From Eledone cirrhosa (lineage: Eukaryota), in the NCBI GenBank assembly GCA_964016885.1, contig OZ024741.1, positions 315,952,001-316,016,000 of the forward strand: DNA of 64,000 nt. Direction: 5' to 3'. Position numbers and translations under genes: made by a program. How positions within the stretch are numbered: position 1 is the first letter of the stretch; every line of letters starts with the position of its first letter. Below are positions 58,106-64,000 of this stretch, in pieces. A model generated the notes under the pieces. It was given only the letters and a program-made list of their open reading frames with translations. It ran no database searches and was not told where the DNA came from.

Positions 58106-60040
58106 CCTTGTCTGGCTTTCTGGAGAATAGAGGAAAGGTGTTTCCTCGAAAACCAGTATGACTCTAAAAACCGGTTTGTCTGTGTGTTTACATACAGAAT
58201 AGCTGGACACTCACAGTAAAGTGTCCAGTGAAAAACTCGGTACATCTACATATGTACACGTGTGTGTATTCATATGCATACTAGTATTTCAGTATACATA
58301 TGTGGATGTACATTTTTAACTTAATTGTTTAAATAAAATTAGATAACATGAAATGAAATAAAATAAAATAAAATGAAATAAAGTAAATTGAGATAAGATA
58401 TATATTTTTTTAGAATATATCTCTTGAATATATCAGGGGCCCACGAAGGCACTAAGTGTCACAGTTATGTGTATCACTTGACCATTTTTTTTAAATATAT
58501 TTCTTGAAAATATCAGGGGCCCACGAAGGCACTAAGTGTCACAGTCACCAGTATCACTTGACCATTGCAAGGCAATGGAGGCGTCCCAGGTTGGGCAGTC
58601 TCAAAAGTTCACTCGAAAGTCGCGGGTGTGCATTCACACAGTTGAGCGGTGGGGTAATCACAAACCGGTTCACACCCGGGCAGGAGTCCAATGGTCAGAG
58701 AGAGGTGCATCGAAGGAAGGTAGGAGAATTCACGTGCATTAGCAAGCGAGGTGCAGGCGGGTTAGCCAAAGCAAGCAGACACAGTTGGAGCGCATACAAA
58801 AGATATATAAAAGGACAGAAGATATATAAAAAATAGCTTCAAGAGCCATTAAGTCACCGCATTGGGACATCACAAGATTGTACACATCAATATGTTCAGC
58901 ACGTATATGCACATATACATACCACATGCATATGCAGAGACGGTATACATATATATATATTTTTTTTATATACAGACATATACAACCACCTACACCCATA
59001 CACATATAAATGTATACACGGACACACACGCACACACACACAGCGTAGGACACCCGGGTCAAAGCTGATATTAAACACCGAAATATCACATTAGGCCAGA
59101 CCCACCACCACGGATAATACATTCAAAATAAATACATACGATGAGATGTAGTAAAATAAAGTTGAAATCCTACGGAGATAATCATGTCCGCACGTGCCAT
59201 TGCCCGATTCAAGTGTACACAGACCGTTAGTAACTACGGAGGGCTATCGGGGCCAAAACGTTACTTTCGGGATCATAACAACGACCGTCAATATATGGAA
59301 GGCCGATCGTGCTAGAAAGACTACAACCCCGGGCAAGAGCTCCCAGAAGTCAGCCTGTAGATCTTAAACCACAGAATATGAGGGCAACACGTACATGCGC
59401 CACGTATCCACTGCTTACGGCGGGATGGCACAGGTCCGCCCACAGTTACAGGCTAAATTTCTATTAGTGCAGCCTAAATCACAGTACACGCTTTACATAA
59501 ATACATTACCTCACAACTCATGCGCATACAGAGGTACAGATCCACAAGATATACGTCAGGATAGACCCACCAATGCACCAATGGTGGGTAGGCGAGCGTG
59601 GATGGGTTACATCCGCTGTGCCAAACAGGGGTGCTTATTAACATACACACCCACTCACCCGTACACCCCAATATCCAGATCAATATCCTCCCACAGGCAT
59701 ACGTATACATTCACCGACTCATATACATAGACGACCAACAATAGGAGACAGTTACACACAATCAGAGACAGTTACACAAGACAGCCCAACTGGAGGAATA
59801 AGGAAGTGCTAGCTAACAGGTTTAAAGTAGAAGAAAGAGCTTAATATTCGGTGGGGGCAAGAGGAGAATATTTCAGACTTTCTATTTAGTAGAGGGCATT
59901 TAGCAAATATAATAGAGTGGGATTCGGCAAGGCATAGGTTACATACTCTATTATGAGGAGTATATGGATGGGATTTAGCAACCTGCCGCCAAGTAAGTGT
60001 GTAATGTGTTCGTGCATTTTTTACAACCCAAAATCTGGCC

Positions 60041-60629
60041 ATTTTTTACAACCCAAAATCTGGCCTCTCATCTGGCCATTACTAATAATAAGAAAATAAA
60101 GGAAGGCCTGGACAACCTAAGCCTAGGGGAAAACACGGTAGTGGACAGAGTGGGCAGAAACACAAGTGGTGATCATTCTGAGAATAGCATCACCAGAGGT
60201 TGTAACTGTAGAAGGGCTTCAGGCTGCTCCCTGAATGGTTTCTGCCTTGTTAGAAACATAGTTTATGCGTGTGATGTAGTAACTACGGCGTCCACTAAGA
60301 CCTATATAGGATCAACCTCCACCCCCTTTAAGACCAGGTTTAACTCTCACCAATGCACTTTTAGACATAATAAACTGAGGAACTCCACCTCCTGGGCAGC
60401 GTACGTCCATAATTTAAAAAATGCACGAACACATTACACACTTACTTGGCGGCAGGTTGCTAAATCCCATCCATATACTCCTCATAATAGAGTATGTAAC
60501 CTATGCCTTGCCGAATCCCACTCTATTATATTTGCTAAATGCCCTCTACTAAATAGAAAGTCTGAAATATTCTCCTCTTGCCCCCACCGAATATTAAGCT
60601 CTTTCTTCTACTTTAAACCTGTTAGCTAG
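60041..60629 (+). pseudogene. PLE C-terminal GIY-YIG endonuclease (5' truncated, frame open)
   Basis: CNCR...CSLNGFCL..NIVY.C.V...TYIGST...FKTRFNSH...F, CNLCLAE, LLNRKSEIFSSCPH. Confidence 0.93.
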
Positions 60630-62112
60630 CACTTCCTTATTCCTCCAGTTGGGCTGTCTTGTGTAACTGTCTCTGATTGTGTGTAACTGTCTCCTATTGT
60701 TGGTCGTCTATGTATATGAGTCGGTGAATGTATACGTATGCCTGTGGGAGGATATTGATCTGGATATTGGGGTGTACGGGTGAGTGGGTGTGTATGTTAA
60801 TAAGCACCCCTGTTTGGCACAGCGGATGTAACCCATCCACGCTCGCCTACCCACCATTGGTGCATTGGTGGGTCTATCCTGACGTATATCTTGTGGATCT
60901 GTACCTCTGTATGCGCATGAGTTGTGAGGTAATGTATTTATGTAAAGCGTGTACTGTGATTTAGGCTGCACTAATAGAAATTTAGCCTGTAACTGTGGGC
61001 GGACCTGTGCCATCCCGCCGTAAGCAGTGGATACGTGGCGCATGTACGGGTTGCCCTCATATTCTGTGGTTTAAGATCTACAGGCTGACTTCTGGGAGCT
61101 CTTGCCCGGGGTTGTAGCCTTCCATATATTGACGGTCGTTGTTATGATCCCGAAAGTAACGTTTTGGCCCCGATAGCCCTCCGTAGTTACTAACGGTCTG
61201 TGTACACTTGAATCGGGCAATGGCACGTGCGGACATGATTATCTCCGTAGGATTTCAACTTTATTTTACTACATCTCATCGTATGTATTTATTTTGAATG
61301 TATTATCCGTGGTGGTGGGTCTGGCCTAATGTGGTATTTCGGTGTTTAATATCAGCTTTGACCCGGGTGTCCTACGCTGTGTGTGTGTGCGTGTGTGTCC
61401 GTGTATACATTTATATGTGTATGGGTGTAGGTGGTTGTATATGTCTGTATATAAAAAAAAATATATATATATATGTATACCGTCTCTGCATATGCATGTG
61501 GTGTGTATATGTGCATATACGTGCTGAACATATTGATGTGTACAATCTTGTGATGTCCCAATGCGGTGACTTAATGGCTCTTGAAGCTATTTTTTATATA
61601 TCTTCTGTCCTTTTATATATCTTTTGTATGCGCTCCAACTGTGTCTGCTTGCTTTGGCTAACCCGCCTGCACCTCGCTTGCTAATGCACGTGAATTCTCT
61701 TACCTTCCTTCGATGCACCTCTCTCTGACCATTGGACTCCTGCCCGGGTGTGAACCGGTTTGTGATTACCCCACCGCTCAACTGTGTGAATGCACACCCG
61801 CGACTTTCGAGTGAACTTTTGAGACTGCCCAACCTGGGATGCCTCCATTGCCTTGCAATGGTCAAGTGATACTGGTGACTGTGACACTTAGTGCCTTCCT
61901 GGGCCCCTGATATTTTCAAGAAATATATTTTTAAAAAATGGTCAAGTGATACACATAACTGTGACACTTAGTGCCTTCGTGGGCCCCTGATATATTCAAG
62001 AGATATATTCTAAAAAAATATATATCTTATCTCAATTTACTTTATTTCATTTTATTTTATTTTATTTCATTTCATGTTATCTAATTTTATTTATTTACTT
62101 ATTTAATTCCAT

Positions 62113-62143
<31 letters not shown>

Positions 62144-62144
62144 C

Positions 62145-62180
<36 letters not shown>

Positions 62181-62811
62181 ATTTAATTTTAATTTTAATT
62201 TTAATTTTAATTTATTTATTTATTTAACTTTATTTATTTATTTATTTATTTATTTAATTACATTTAATTATATCTTATATTATATTATTTTAATTTAGTC
62301 TATTTTATTTTATTTTAGTTTACCTTATTTTATCTTATTTTATGATTATATTATATTATGTTCTATTTTATATAATTTTAATTTTAATTTTATATTATTT
62401 TATCTCATTCCTTACCCTGTATCACTATTATCTGTATATTTTATATTTTATATGTAAGTTTGTTATGTATTTCTTTATATTTTCTTATATATATTATAAG
62501 TCTGTTTTTCACCTATTTTTTACCTACTCTTACCTAATCCTATCTATCTTATCTACTCTTGTCTGTTCTCTTATCCATGTGTATGCTTGTATGTAACTAT
62601 ATGTTGACAGCACCCCGCCCAACTGTGACTGATAGCATCCCTTATTTTTCATTGTTTATTTTATTATCTTATTTTTATTTTTATTTTTATTTTTATTTTT
62701 ATTCTTATCTTTATTTTTACTTTTACTTCCTTAATATCCTTTATCGTCTATTATTATTTTTCATTCTTCAATGTCTTGGATTTGTTATTGCTTGTATGGT
62801 ATGTAATTAAC

Positions 62812-62870
62812 CTTTATGCTCTGATGAGTCCCACTTATAGTGCGGATGTAACAATGTTAGCAAATAAAGA
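62812..62870 (+). ncRNA. PLE hammerhead, right-arm copy with core mutation
   Basis: CTGATGA 62821-27; GTAA replaces GAAA at 62848-51. Confidence 0.65.
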
Positions 62871-63014
62871 TATGCATATGCTATAGGCGTTCTTTGTTAT
62901 TTATTATATCACGGCTCTGTCCTCAGACATTGAGCTAACCTTATACTGCCTGCTGGATAAGTGGAGTGTTATACACCCCTGATCCTCTCCCTAGTATACT
63001 ATATATATATATAT

Positions 63015-63560
63015 GTATTTTTCATATATTTACCTAAACTGCGATTCTATGTTTCTCTCTTTCTCTCTTACTGCTCTCTCGTTCTCTCTGTTTCTCTTAC
63101 TTTCTTTCGTCCCCTCTGTCATGTCAGTTAACACTTTCTCTCTACTGACATCTTCCTCGCACTTCCACTCACTCACTCTCTGTTTCTCCCCTTCTTACTT
63201 CCTCCCGTCCTCTACGAACCCGATTTTCCTTCTTTCTCACATCGGATTCACTAGCGAAAGGTCTGTTTCTTACTCGCTCATGTATTCACCCTGCTTATGC
63301 TGACAGAATAACCATGTTGCTTGTGTTTCTTTCCATCTTCGGTTAGCTTTCCTCTGTGTTGTTTACTTGTTTCACTCGCTTTACGCGTTTCAATTGTCCC
63401 AATAACTTATTTTAGTTATTGTCGCACCAACATGAGGTATATGATTTTTAATGCGATGAAATACCAATGATCGTTGGCAAATCACTGATGAAGGACTCAT
63501 TTTATAACATGTAATCCATGTGCAACCATGCAGTATTCTTCTCCCAATATTTTTCATATA
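63015..63560 (+). mobile_element. Diverged family X copy
   Basis: gcgatgaaataccaatgat...atcactgatgaaggac and a pyrimidine-rich 5' half; starts and ends with atttttcatatat. Confidence 0.7.
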
Positions 63561-63626
63561 TATATATGTATATGTATATATATATGTATATATATATATA
63601 TATGTATATATATATTTATATATATG

Positions 63627-63658
<32 letters not shown>

Positions 63659-63790
63659 AATATGTATATATATATTTATATATATGTATATATATATTTA
63701 TATATATGTATATATATATATAAATATGTATATATATATTTATATATATGGATATATATATATATATAAATATGTATATATATATTTATA

Positions 63791-63850
<60 letters not shown>

Positions 63851-64000
63851 TGTATATATATATTTATATATATGTATATGTATATATATATTTATATATA
63901 TGTATATATAAATATATATATATATAAATATGTATATATATATATAAATATGTATATATATATTTATATATATGTATAAATATGTATATATATATATATA

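Larger units (their letters stand above)
56810..58330. mobile_element. Retrozyme-like element: ~3.3 copies of a 466-nt hammerhead-containing unit (tandem plus inverted), 11-bp TSD
   Basis: Period 466; inversion at ~57725; TSD aaataaaatta at 56799-56809 and 58331-58341. Confidence 0.9.
55993..62908. mobile_element. 5'-truncated Penelope-like element with a ~2.5-kb inverted duplication (tail-out arms)
   Basis: 55993-56809 and 58342-60023 are the reverse complement of 60415-62908; GIY-YIG ORF at centre; hammerhead at each outer end. Confidence 0.93.

Noticed and set aside
56810-58330. CRISPR array or ordinary satellite
   Set aside because: No short repeats with unique spacers; the unit has a ribozyme, an inversion and a TSD
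58504-59730. Mirror-image ORFs of 110-128 aa in both PLE arms
   Set aside because: Lie in the 3' UTR, have no recognisable motifs and are duplicated only by the inversion

Overview
AT-rich eukaryotic DNA dense in microsatellites and repeats; I found no recognisable host gene. The tRNA-derived SINE family and the repeat spectrum resemble octopus/coleoid cephalopod DNA (inference). It contains a decayed mariner, three Penelope-like elements (PLEs), an R4/Dong-type RT-REL LINE, three Tx1/L1-clade LINE copies (one near full length), RTE fragments, about 13 copies of one SINE, Helentron-like and Tc1/pogo MITE-like elements, and a 1.5-kb (AAC)n tract. The main finding is a 1521-bp non-coding insertion at 56810-58330. 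It is built from about 3.3 near-identical copies of a 466-nt, heavily base-paired unit, and each full copy carries an intact minimal type I hammerhead ribozyme. It is flanked by an 11-bp target-site duplication whose empty site is visible in the sister arm of a 7-kb inverted PLE. This looks like a recently mobile retrozyme (viroid-like circular RNA). Many other intact or decayed PLE-type hammerheads and tail-out palindromes are scattered through the window. All folding was done by eye and boundaries are approximate unless stated.
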